DNA from: Vulcanimicrobiales bacterium
Lineage (GTDB): Bacteria > Vulcanimicrobiota > Vulcanimicrobiia > Vulcanimicrobiales > Vulcanimicrobiaceae
Direction: 5' to 3'
Assembly (NCBI GenBank): GCA_038231455.1
Contig: JBBRLI010000005.1
Location: 64,001-128,000, forward strand
DNA: 64,000 nucleotides
The translations under genes and the position numbers were made by a program. Positions 8,605-16,377 of this stretch are shown in pieces. Under the pieces are notes generated by a model that had not been told where the DNA came from, did no database searches, and worked only from the letters and a program-made list of their open reading frames with translations. Every line of letters begins with the position of its first letter. The stretch's first letter is position 1.

Positions 8605-11481
8605 GTGCTGCGGATCGCACTCTTTGGCGAGCCGCGCTTCTCGTTTCGCGGGGAACCGTATCGATTCGAGGCGCTGCCGCGCGCCTTGCCGCTGCTCGCG
8701 TACCTGATCCTCAACCGTGCCCATCCAGCATCCGTCGATGCGGTCGCGACGCTGCTCTGGCCGGACGATCGCGAGTCGGATGCGCGCGTGAAACTCCGTC
8801 GGCACGTGAGCGTCTTGCAGACCGCCCTGCCGCCGGACGACCCCGCGCAGCCTTGGATTCACGCGACCCCGGATACGCTCCAGTGGAACCTCGCCTCAGA
8901 TGCGTTTTGCGATTTGATCGCGTTTGAAGAAGACGCCGCCAACCTCTCGACCTACGATGCTGCCGTCGCGCTGTACGGTGGCGAATTTCTCGTTGGATAT
9001 CATGCGCCGTGGATCCAAGTCGAACGCGACCGATTGCGCCGTATCGCGCTCTTCCGTCGCGAAGCGCTCATGGCGCTTGCGGAAGACGACGCGCGCACGG
9101 ATGACGCGATGCGACACGCGCGCGCGATTCTTGCGATCGATCCATGGCGCGAGAGCGCCGTTCGTGCGCTCATGCGCGAACTCGCGGCGCAGGGCGATTA
9201 CGCCGGAGCAGCGGCGGAATTCGACCGCTTCGCGCATCGGATGCGGCGCGAGCGTCTCGCCGAGCCGAGCGCCGAAACCGCCGCGCTTCTCCGCGCTTTC
9301 GTCGGCGACCGCGTGATACCGTCGCACGCGTTCCCGGGGCGCGAGCCCGCTTTGCGGATGCTCGAAGATGCGTATGCCATGGTTCAAAGCGGACGCGGGA
9401 CGACGCTGTTTCTCATCGGCGAGCGTTCTAGCGGAAAAGCGGAGTTTGCCGAAATGTTCGCTGATGGATGCACCGATGCACGCGTTTTTATCGGCCGTGC
9501 CGCCGGTCGCGAGGGTCGGCCGTACGAGCCGATCGCATCCATTCTGCGGTCGGCACTCCCGTACGTTCGCGAAGTCGTTCCGCCCGGCGAGATCGCGGCG
9601 CTGGCCGCTTTGCTTCCCGAAGTTGGGCGGCCCCTACCGCGGACGCACGCAAGCGACCTCGAGCGAGAACGGCGCCGTCTCTATGATGGAATCGCCGCTG
9701 CGGTGCTTGCGCTCGCGCGCCCCGGGCCGCTCGTGCTGGTGTTTCCCGATCTTCATCGCGCCGGTCATGCCACGGTTGCAGCGCTGGAATCGCTGGCACA
9801 TCGGATCGCGGGTGCGCCGGTGCTGATTGTGGCAACGGCTTCCTCCGTATCTGAACCGCTCGGCTCGTCGATCCGACGATTGAGCCATGCGGGGCGCGCC
9901 GCGACGATTCAACTTGTATCGAGTTCCAACGGGAGATATGAGTCGATTACCGCGCCGATGGCGCGAACGCCCGCGGCGGTTTCGGCAGAACAGTACGCAA
10001 TGACCGCGCGCGCAGCCGTTGAGATTTTCGCTGATGACGATGCGCGTATCGCGATCGAGCGCGGCTTGCGGGCGGAGCAAACCGAGCAATCCCGGTATGC
10101 GCTCCTGATCGAACAAGAACGCATCGCGGCCGCGAGCGCCGGGCGTGCCGATCACTTGCGGCTGCTCGGGGAACTCACGGAGCTTGCAACCGATTCGCGG
10201 AAACGTGCCCAGGTGCTGCAGCTGCGAATCCGTTGCGCGAGGATCGGGGGTGAGGTCGATGAGCGCGAGCGGCTCGTCGACGTATTCATGGCGTTCGCGC
10301 TTGAACTGGGAGACGCGGCACTCACGATGCGAGCGATGCTCGCCCGCGGTCAAGCCGCACGTGATGCGCAGAAGTTTTCCGCGGCGCGCATCGATCTCAT
10401 CGCCGCATCCGATCGCGCCCTCGCGCTCAACGCCGCGACGGTTGCCTGTGAGACGCTGCTAACGCTTGCCGAAATGGAAGCCTCGCTCGGCAATGCTCCG
10501 GCAGCGTACGACTATCTCAAACGCGCGGATCGCGAAGCGGAACATGCGGGCGATCTTCTCGGACAAGCGCAGATCGTAGGCCTCACGATCGGTATGCTCC
10601 TTGGTGAGATGCGCATGTCCGAGGCGATCGCGACGGCCGATTCAGCAGAGCCACTTTTCGCCGTCTCCGGCGATCGCGAGACGCATGCGGATGTCCGAAC
10701 GCAAGTCGCCCGCGCCCTCAACCGATTAGGGCAGTTCGAGCGGGCACTCGTGATCTATCGAAGTGTTGCACGGGTCTACCGCGAGCTCGACGTCCCGCTT
10801 GGCGAAGCAAAGACGCTCATCAACTCGTCGATCCCACTTATGCGGCTTGGCAACTACGATGAAGCGCTTGCAAGCGTTCAGCGGGCTGCAGCGATTTTCG
10901 AGCGGATTGGTGACGTTTTTGGGCATGCAACCTGCGTGAGCAACGCGGGTCTCATCGCCTACTATCGACATCGCTATGACGATGCGGTCCACGAATGGGA
11001 GCGTGGACTCAAGCTCGCAGAAAAGAGCGGCAATCGAGAGATCACCTCCAAAATCATGAACAATTTGGGTGCGGCGGAGAGCGCGCGCGGGAATTACGAA
11101 CGTGCGATCGACTTGCTCGAGCGCGGCATCCGCATGGCGACAGCGCAGGATCACGCGCTTGCCGTTGTTACCGAACTCCCGGACTTAGTACTGGCCTACG
11201 TGCGTCGCGGTGATTCGCGTCGCGCCGAAATGACCGCGCGGACCATGCTTGAGGTCGCCGCGCGCCTCACCGATCCGCACGATGAGATGTTTTATATCGA
11301 GTACGTCGCGGGGCTCGTGGACGATCGCCGTAGCCGTCTGAGTTCGGCACGGGCACACTATGCCGTCGCGGAACGCCTCTTCTTGGAACGCGTGGCGTCG
11401 TTTTCCGATGACGCCTCGCGTCGAGCTTTCCTCGATTTGCCGAACAGTCGCTTGATCCGCGAGGGGTTGAAGTTGCGCTAA
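8605..11481 (+). CDS. SARP/BTAD transcriptional regulator with AAA/STAND ATPase-like domain and TPR repeats
   Basis: RIALFG..LLAYL..LWPD wHTH; LYGGEFL..W and IDPWRESAVRALM BTAD; FPGRE, GERSSGKA and LVFPDLH P-loop remnants; C-terminal TPR repeats (NNLGAAE). Confidence 0.85.
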   Translation: MLRIALFGEPRFSFRGEPYRFEALPRALPLLAYLILNRAHPASVDAVATLLWPDDRESDARVKLRRHVSVLQTALPPDDPAQPWIHATPDTLQWNLASDAFCDLIAFEEDAANLSTYDAAVALYGGEFLVGYHAPWIQVERDRLRRIALFRREALMALAEDDARTDDAMRHARAILAIDPWRESAVRALMRELAAQGDYAGAAAEFDRFAHRMRRERLAEPSAETAALLRAFVGDRVIPSHAFPGREPALRMLEDAYAMVQSGRGTTLFLIGERSSGKAEFAEMFADGCTDARVFIGRAAGREGRPYEPIASILRSALPYVREVVPPGEIAALAALLPEVGRPLPRTHASDLERERRRLYDGIAAAVLALARPGPLVLVFPDLHRAGHATVAALESLAHRIAGAPVLIVATASSVSEPLGSSIRRLSHAGRAATIQLVSSSNGRYESITAPMARTPAAVSAEQYAMTARAAVEIFADDDARIAIERGLRAEQTEQSRYALLIEQERIAAASAGRADHLRLLGELTELATDSRKRAQVLQLRIRCARIGGEVDERERLVDVFMAFALELGDAALTMRAMLARGQAARDAQKFSAARIDLIAASDRALALNAATVACETLLTLAEMEASLGNAPAAYDYLKRADREAEHAGDLLGQAQIVGLTIGMLLGEMRMSEAIATADSAEPLFAVSGDRETHADVRTQVARALNRLGQFERALVIYRSVARVYRELDVPLGEAKTLINSSIPLMRLGNYDEALASVQRAAAIFERIGDVFGHATCVSNAGLIAYYRHRYDDAVHEWERGLKLAEKSGNREITSKIMNNLGAAESARGNYERAIDLLERGIRMATAQDHALAVVTELPDLVLAYVRRGDSRRAEMTARTMLEVAARLTDPHDEMFYIEYVAGLVDDRRSRLSSARAHYAVAERLFLERVASFSDDASRRAFLDLPNSRLIREGLKLR

Positions 11482-13148
11482 GGCGCGCGATAGACCGTGC
11501 GTCCGCCGACGACCGTCTGCAAGACGCGCGTACCGAGAATTTGTTCTGCCGGAACTTGTACGATGTCGCGATCGAGGACCACCCAGTCGGCATATTTCCC
11601 GACCGCGATCGAGCCCAGCAGGTTCTCTTGGAATCCTGCGCGCGCAGCCCAGATCGTCATCGACTCGAGTGCTTCTTCGCGCGTCATCCGTTCGCGCGGA
11701 TACCAGCCGCCCGGCGGTGCGTTCTTGCCGTTCTCGCGCGTCACGGCACTGTGATAGGTGATGAGCGGATCGACGCGCTCAACGGGAAAATCGGTCCCGT
11801 TCGCGATCTTGACGCCCGTGGCAAGGAGCGAATGCCACGCATACGCGCCGACGATGCGTTTAGGCCCAACGCGGGCTTCGGCCCACATCATGTCGCTGGT
11901 TTGGTGGCTTGACTGCATCGACGGAATGACGCCAAGCCGGGCGAAACGTGGAATATCGCTTGGTTCGAGAATCTGCGCGTGTTCGATGCGAAATCGCGCG
12001 TCTTTGGCAAGTGGAAAGGCCTCGAATGCTTGCTGATAGGCATCGAGCACGATGCGATTTGCTCGGTCGCCGATGGCGTGCGTCCCGACTTGAAAGCCGG
12101 CGCGTAAGGCGCGCTCGGCGATGCCTTCGATATGGCTTTGCGTTGAGACGAGCAAGCCGCTATTCGCCGGGTCGTCCGTATAGGGCGTGAGGAGCGCAGC
12201 ACCGCGCGATCCGAGCGCGCCATCGGCGTAGAGTTTGATCGACCGGATCCACAGGTGCCCGTCGTAGAGTGCGCTCTGCGGACCGCGCGCAAGATAGTAC
12301 GAGATGTCCGCGTCGTTGTCGCTGATCATCGCGTAGGTTCGCAGGGTGAGTTTCCCGGCACGAGCGAGTTCTTCGTCGACCTCGATGACGCTGCGCGTTT
12401 CGCCGGGATCGTGCACGGTCGTGAGGCCATAGCGATGCGCGACGGCAATTGCGTCGAGCATCCCACGCCGCACCTCATCGTGTGTTGGTGCGGGGACCGC
12501 GGCGGAAATGAGTGCCTTCGCGTTGTCGATGAAGACGCCGGTGGGCGCGCCGGTTTCATCGCGCAAGAGCCGTCCACCGACCGGATCGGATGTATTCGCG
12601 GTAATATTCGCAGCGCGCATCGCGGCGGCGTTCGCGAGCAGTGCGTGGCCGTCGATGCGCGTGAGTACGACCGGATGGTCGGGGATCGCCGCATCGAGTG
12701 CTTCATGCGTCGGGAACGCCTGCCCCGGCCAGCGATTTTGGTCCCAGCCGCGTCCGATCACCCACGCGCCCGGCGGCAATTCTTTCGCACGCTTTGCGGC
12801 CCGCGCGACGACTTCGTTATACGTTGGAACATCGACCAGGTCGACCGTCCGTAGCCCAAGTCCGAGGCCAAGTAAGTGACCGTGCGCGTCGATAAGACCG
12901 GGAAGCACCGTCGTACCGTGCGCATCGATCACGGTTGTCCGCGGACCGCGATAGCGCATTGCGCCCGGGGCATCGCCGACAAAGATGAAGCGCCCACCGC
13001 GTACGGCAAAAGCGGAGGCTCGAGCGTGCCCGGGTTCGACCGTGCGGACATTCGCGTTCTTTACGACCGTATCGGCCGGTTCGACCGGGCTGCCGGCTCC
13101 GAGAATCGGCACGAGCGCAAGCAACAGGACGACCACGATCGAACGCAT
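11478..13148 (-). CDS. Exported amidohydrolase family 3 (YtcJ-like)
   Basis: Signal peptide; PGLIDAHGH, KLYADGALGSRGAAL, HAIGDRA, RIEHAQ, GTDFPVE. Confidence 0.93.
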   Translation of the reverse strand: MRSIVVVLLLALVPILGAGSPVEPADTVVKNANVRTVEPGHARASAFAVRGGRFIFVGDAPGAMRYRGPRTTVIDAHGTTVLPGLIDAHGHLLGLGLGLRTVDLVDVPTYNEVVARAAKRAKELPPGAWVIGRGWDQNRWPGQAFPTHEALDAAIPDHPVVLTRIDGHALLANAAAMRAANITANTSDPVGGRLLRDETGAPTGVFIDNAKALISAAVPAPTHDEVRRGMLDAIAVAHRYGLTTVHDPGETRSVIEVDEELARAGKLTLRTYAMISDNDADISYYLARGPQSALYDGHLWIRSIKLYADGALGSRGAALLTPYTDDPANSGLLVSTQSHIEGIAERALRAGFQVGTHAIGDRANRIVLDAYQQAFEAFPLAKDARFRIEHAQILEPSDIPRFARLGVIPSMQSSHQTSDMMWAEARVGPKRIVGAYAWHSLLATGVKIANGTDFPVERVDPLITYHSAVTRENGKNAPPGGWYPRERMTREEALESMTIWAARAGFQENLLGSIAVGKYADWVVLDRDIVQVPAEQILGTRVLQTVVGGRTVYRAP

Positions 13149-13290
13149 GGTGCGAACTACTCCTGGGCAAGTAAGAAACCCGTTTCGTGGTCGCAGCTCG
13201 TGATAACCAAGGCGGCCTCCGGTTGATCGAGGAGAATCTTGGGCACGCGTGCATAGCCGGGTGAATTTTCAAATGTTGGGGAGATATTCG

Positions 13291-13593
13291 ATGAATGGCC
13301 TTCGGTCGGTAACTGCACTTGCGCTCGCGCTTTCGGTCTGCTTTTTGACTCCGCAGGGAGCGAACGCGAAAAATCCGTGCAAACAAAGTGGCGGGCGCCA
13401 GCTCAACATGCAGATCCATCAACTCGACGGACAACGCAAGCAGATCCAACGGCAATATCGAGGTCCGCAAAACGCGGTGGCTCGTCGCAATGCGCTAGCG
13501 CAAATCGATGCGCAGCGCGACGGACTCGAGGCGCAGAAACGCAACATGAAAGAGCGCGTAGAAGAGTGTAAAGAGGCGCACGGCCGGCGCTAA
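13291..13593 (+). CDS. Small exported helical hypothetical protein (100 aa)
   Basis: GGAG RBS before ATG 13291; signal peptide ending ANA; basic Gln-rich coiled-coil bracketed by two Cys. Confidence 0.6.
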   Translation: MNGLRSVTALALALSVCFLTPQGANAKNPCKQSGGRQLNMQIHQLDGQRKQIQRQYRGPQNAVARRNALAQIDAQRDGLEAQKRNMKERVEECKEAHGRR

Positions 13594-13674
13594 CGTGTGA
13601 TCCCGGTCCGCGTGTGGTGGAGAGCGGATCGGGTACACGCCCAGGGTGAACGTCAAATCCGGTCGCCCACGCTT

Positions 13675-14001
13675 ATGACCTTCGCCGATCCGATCGTCGT
13701 CGCGTTTACCGGTGATCTCGACGTTTCGAAGTACACGCAACTGCGCGATCGCTTGAACGAGGTGTGGGATGGCCGGTCGCCCATGATCGTCGATCTCCAT
13801 CAGGTCCGCTTGATGGACTCCACGTGTCTGAGCGAATTGTTATTGTTCCGACGACGCCTTCAACGCGCGGAAGCGGCCTTCGCAGCAATCGTCACCGACC
13901 CAAATATTTTACGTTTGCTCGAAATAACGGGCTTGAAGAAATCGCTGAACGTCGCAACCGACCTCGAGTCGGTTCTGCTGGCGTTTCGTCGCAGCGAGTA
14001 G
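13675..14001 (+). CDS. STAS domain anti-sigma factor antagonist
   Basis: GDLD…MIVDLHQVRLMDSTCL…RLLEITGL STAS pattern with the phosphorylatable Ser; start set at ATG 13675. Confidence 0.88.
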   Translation: MTFADPIVVAFTGDLDVSKYTQLRDRLNEVWDGRSPMIVDLHQVRLMDSTCLSELLLFRRRLQRAEAAFAAIVTDPNILRLLEITGLKKSLNVATDLESVLLAFRRSE

Positions 14002-14010
14002 CGACGGAGC

Positions 14011-14049
14011 AAAAAAGTCGACCGCCGATTGAACATCGACGGTCGACTT
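14011..14049 (-). terminator. Intrinsic terminator after tRNA-Ile (may also serve the convergent STAS gene)
   Basis: Minus strand AAGTCGACCGTCGAT-GTTCA-ATCGGCGGTCGACTT-TTTT. Confidence 0.8.
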
Positions 14050-14053
14050 GACT

Positions 14054-14130
14054 TGGTGGGCCATCCTGGGTTCGAACCAGGGACCTCATGCTTATCAAGC
14101 ATGCGCTCTAACCAACTGAGCTAATGGCCC
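14054..14130 (-). tRNA. tRNA-Ile(GAT)
   Basis: Reverse complement GGGCCATTAGCTCAGTTGGTTAGAGCGCATGCTTGATAAGCATGAGGTCCCTGGTTCGAACCCAGGATGGCCCACCA. Anticodon arm CATGC-TTGATAA-GCATG; CCA encoded. Confidence 0.97.
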
Positions 14131-14142
14131 GCACGGCAACTA

Positions 14143-14171
14143 ACGTTACGAGAGCGGACCAAATTTGTCAA
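14143..14171 (-). promoter_or_regulatory. Sigma70-type promoter of tRNA-Ile
   Basis: Minus strand TTGACA-N17-TAACGT, 12 nt upstream of the tRNA. Confidence 0.75.
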
Positions 14172-14189
14172 TCGCTTCGCGGACCCTGC

Positions 14190-14507
14190 CTAGATCAGCG
14201 CGATCCATTTCTTCAAGATCTCATCGTCGCGCTTGACCTGCTCCATCGAGAGGTCCCGCAGGGCGTTGAGTTCGCGGTCGAGTTCGGCCCGCTGCCGGAG
14301 CACGGTGTCGAACTGCATCCGCGCTTGAAGTGCCGCTGTTTCGTCCGCGCCCTCGGCGCTCGATTGGGCCGCGGTAACGGCAGCGGCAATCTTCTCAGCG
14401 AGTTCGTCGCTCGCGGCCGCCAACTCGACCTGCCTTCCGGTGTCACGGGACTTTGCAGCGGCGGACGGTCGGGCAGTCGCGGGTGCGCGGTTGTTGAGAA
14501 CGAGCAC
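14190..14507 (-). CDS. Small helical hypothetical protein B, paralog of 14512..14892
   Basis: Starts 4 nt after the upstream stop. Ala-rich N-terminus; C-terminal FDTVLRQRAELDRELNALRDLSMEQVKRDDEILKKWIALI. Confidence 0.8.
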   Translation of the reverse strand: MLVLNNRAPATARPSAAAKSRDTGRQVELAAASDELAEKIAAAVTAAQSSAEGADETAALQARMQFDTVLRQRAELDRELNALRDLSMEQVKRDDEILKKWIALI

Positions 14508-14511
14508 GCGA

Positions 14512-14892
14512 TTAACCGGTGATCGACTCGATGAATTTCTTGGTGATCTGGTCGTCGGCTTTGCGCTGCTGCATTGCGACTTCGCGTAAAACGTTACTTT
14601 GGCGCATCAGCTCGGATTTTTCCGCCGTCATCTGATCGAACGCATTCGATTGTGCCTGGAGTGCGAGTTGATAGTACGCATTTTGCGCGTTCATCCCATC
14701 TTGTGCGAGAAGGACGCCACTTTGCCAGGCGCCTTGCGCGCCATTTGCGGCATTGCCAATGGCAGCCGTACCGGTGGCGCCGGCGCCCGTAAAACCGCCG
14801 ACCGCCGCGGCACCCGCTGCGACCGCCGGATTGCCGGTGGTCAGGAATGTCTGCAGTCCCACGCCGAGCGCGGAATTGAGATTGAAGCCCAT
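14512..14892 (-). CDS. Small Gly/Ala-rich helical hypothetical protein A, paralog of 14190..14507
   Basis: Strong RBS TAGGAG. Gly/Ala-rich apolar N-terminus; C-terminal FDQMTAEKSELMRQSNVLREVAMQQRKADDQITKKFIESI. Confidence 0.85.
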   Translation of the reverse strand: MGFNLNSALGVGLQTFLTTGNPAVAAGAAAVGGFTGAGATGTAAIGNAANGAQGAWQSGVLLAQDGMNAQNAYYQLALQAQSNAFDQMTAEKSELMRQSNVLREVAMQQRKADDQITKKFIESITG

Positions 14893-14922
14893 GCTGATCT
14901 CCTAAAAGGACGAAGTTGCCAG

Positions 14923-14952
14923 TCGTTCACGCCGGGTGCGCTCGCGGCTAGT
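14923..14952 (-). promoter_or_regulatory. Putative alternative-sigma promoter ACTAG-N15-GCGTGAACGA (copy 1)
   Basis: Minus strand ACTAG CCGCGAGCGCACCCG GCGTGAACGA, 30 nt upstream of the protein A start; same boxes and spacing as copy 2. Confidence 0.65.
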
Positions 14953-14954
14953 CA

Positions 14955-15602
14955 TCAGATTATGAGGTTGCTTTGCGATCGATCATCATCGCCGGAAGCG
15001 AGAATTGACGCGCTATCGTCTTTCGGTGGTGCGGGTTTTTTATGCGCCGGAAGCGACGGACATGCTCCCGAAGCCGTGCCGAGCTGCGTGTAGAGGGACC
15101 GCAAAGCGTTGGTTTGGGCTGCGCTTTCCGGAAGTGCCGCGACCTGCACGTCGCGTGTCGCGGCGATCGCTCCGGGCGAGGAAGAAGTCGTGCTGATCCG
15201 CTGGTAATGGCGCAGGACCGAATCGGCGTAGCCGAGGGTCGTCCCGTCCCCCCAGGCCGTCTTGGTCCCGGCGGCTTTGGCGCTACCCGCGTTGTAACAC
15301 GAGAGCGCCGCATGCACGTCGCCCCCATTTTGCTTCACGAGGCCGGAGATGAGCCGCGCCGCGTACTCGGCGTTGGCTGCCGGGTCCATCGCCGCCGGGG
15401 TCTTGGCGAAAGGGTGCCAGCGGTCGTCGATTTGGAAGATTCCGTGGCCGTGGCCACCGTCGCCGACGATATTACGCCCGGAGTCGCTTTGTGGCCCGCC
15501 CGTTTCCTGAGCGGCAACCGCAGCGAGCAGACGTGGGTCAAGGTGGTGGCGCTGGGCGGCAGCGGCGATCTGCCTGCCGAACGCCACATGTAAACTACTC
15601 AC
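14955..15602 (-). CDS. Lytic transglycosylase (SLT domain) without signal peptide, with a low-complexity C-terminal tail
   Basis: AAQRHHLDPRLLAAVAAQETGG (catalytic Glu), GHGIFQID, DPAANAEYAARL, AALSCYNAG, YADSVL. Confidence 0.9.
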   Translation of the reverse strand: MSSLHVAFGRQIAAAAQRHHLDPRLLAAVAAQETGGPQSDSGRNIVGDGGHGHGIFQIDDRWHPFAKTPAAMDPAANAEYAARLISGLVKQNGGDVHAALSCYNAGSAKAAGTKTAWGDGTTLGYADSVLRHYQRISTTSSSPGAIAATRDVQVAALPESAAQTNALRSLYTQLGTASGACPSLPAHKKPAPPKDDSASILASGDDDRSQSNLII

Positions 15603-15607
15603 GGCCC

Positions 15608-15637
15608 TCGTTCACGCATCCTGGGCAAGCGCCTAGT
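15608..15637 (-). promoter_or_regulatory. Putative alternative-sigma promoter ACTAG-N15-GCGTGAACGA (copy 2)
   Basis: Minus strand ACTAG GCGCTTGCCCAGGAT GCGTGAACGA, ending 5 nt before the SLT GTG start. Confidence 0.65.
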
Positions 15638-15666
15638 TTGACACCGGAGGACGGCCATACTACAAT
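15638..15666 (+). promoter_or_regulatory. Sigma70 promoter of the yceD-rpmF-fab operon
   Basis: TTGACA-N17-TACAAT, 41 nt upstream of yceD. Confidence 0.85.
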
Positions 15667-15707
15667 GGGGCGTCGAGGCTCCCGCGCGGGGGCCTCGGTC
15701 GTGTGTT

Positions 15708-16184
15708 ATGCCTCCACTCACCATTGATATTGGCGGCCTGCTTGCCGCAGGTCGACCGATGATCCTCGACGGGCCCGTCGAGGTCGCGGCGTTTGGCGGC
15801 TTCACGTTCTCACAACCCGCCCGTGCCCAGCTCGAACTTCGTCGAGTGGACCGCGGAATCGAAGTTGATGGGACGATCGAGGCCACTGTATCCGGACCCT
15901 GCGACCGCTGCGTCGAGGACATCACCGTCCCCGTCGTCATCCCGGTCGAAGAACGCTTCGACCCGCCAAGCGGAACGAGCGATCCGTTTGCGGACAACAA
16001 CGTGCTCACGGGCAATCTCTTGGACGTCGAAGACCTGGTCCGGCAGCTAGTCACTAGCGCCTTACCACTGGGATTCTACTGCTCCGAAAACTGTCTCGGT
16101 CTTTGCCCCAAATGCGGACTCAACAAAAACGACGGCAACTGCACGTGCCCGTCGGATACGGAAGGCGATCATGGCGAATCCTAA
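15708..16184 (+). CDS. yceD: DUF177/YceD family protein
   Basis: CDRC…CSENCLGLCPKCG..N…CTC pattern; canonical position upstream of rpmF. Confidence 0.92.
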   Translation: MPPLTIDIGGLLAAGRPMILDGPVEVAAFGGFTFSQPARAQLELRRVDRGIEVDGTIEATVSGPCDRCVEDITVPVVIPVEERFDPPSGTSDPFADNNVLTGNLLDVEDLVRQLVTSALPLGFYCSENCLGLCPKCGLNKNDGNCTCPSDTEGDHGES

Positions 16185-16377
16185 ATGGAAAACCCCGCGC
16201 TCGAAAACGCGCAGCCGCCGAGCTGCAAACTGGAAGCTCAATCCCGTCACGGTGATGGAGTGCCCCCAGTGCCACCAGCCCAAGCTCCCGCATTTTGTGT
16301 GCGGAACCTGCGGCATGTATAACGGCCGCATGGTCGTTGAGCCGCGCGATGAACACGCCGGCCACAATCACGGCTAA
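16171..16377 (+). CDS. rpmF: 50S ribosomal protein L32 (Zn-binding form)
   Basis: MANPKWKTPRSKTRSRRA…CPQC..PKLPHFVCGTCGMYNGR. Confidence 0.97.
   Translation: MANPKWKTPRSKTRSRRAANWKLNPVTVMECPQCHQPKLPHFVCGTCGMYNGRMVVEPRDEHAGHNHG

Noticed and set aside
8605-11481. Avs-type antiphage STAND NTPase
   Set aside because: The N-terminus is a wHTH-BTAD transcription module, not a nuclease/TIR/SIR2 effector, and there is no defence context.
13240-13655. GGGTGAA/GGGTAC boxes before the 13291 and STAS genes as further copies of the ACTAG-N15-GCGTGAACGA motif or as SigB-like -10 elements
   Set aside because: No matching upstream box at the right spacing; too short to support.
1597-14053. tRNA-anchored integrative island between tRNA-Ala and tRNA-Ile
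   Set aside because: No integrase, no duplicated tRNA 3' end noticed, and composition is host-like.
14190-15602. Phage lysis cassette or prophage remnant
   Set aside because: No holin/spanin-like TM or lipoprotein features and no phage genes; host-like composition and a repeated promoter motif suggest a domesticated chromosomal module.
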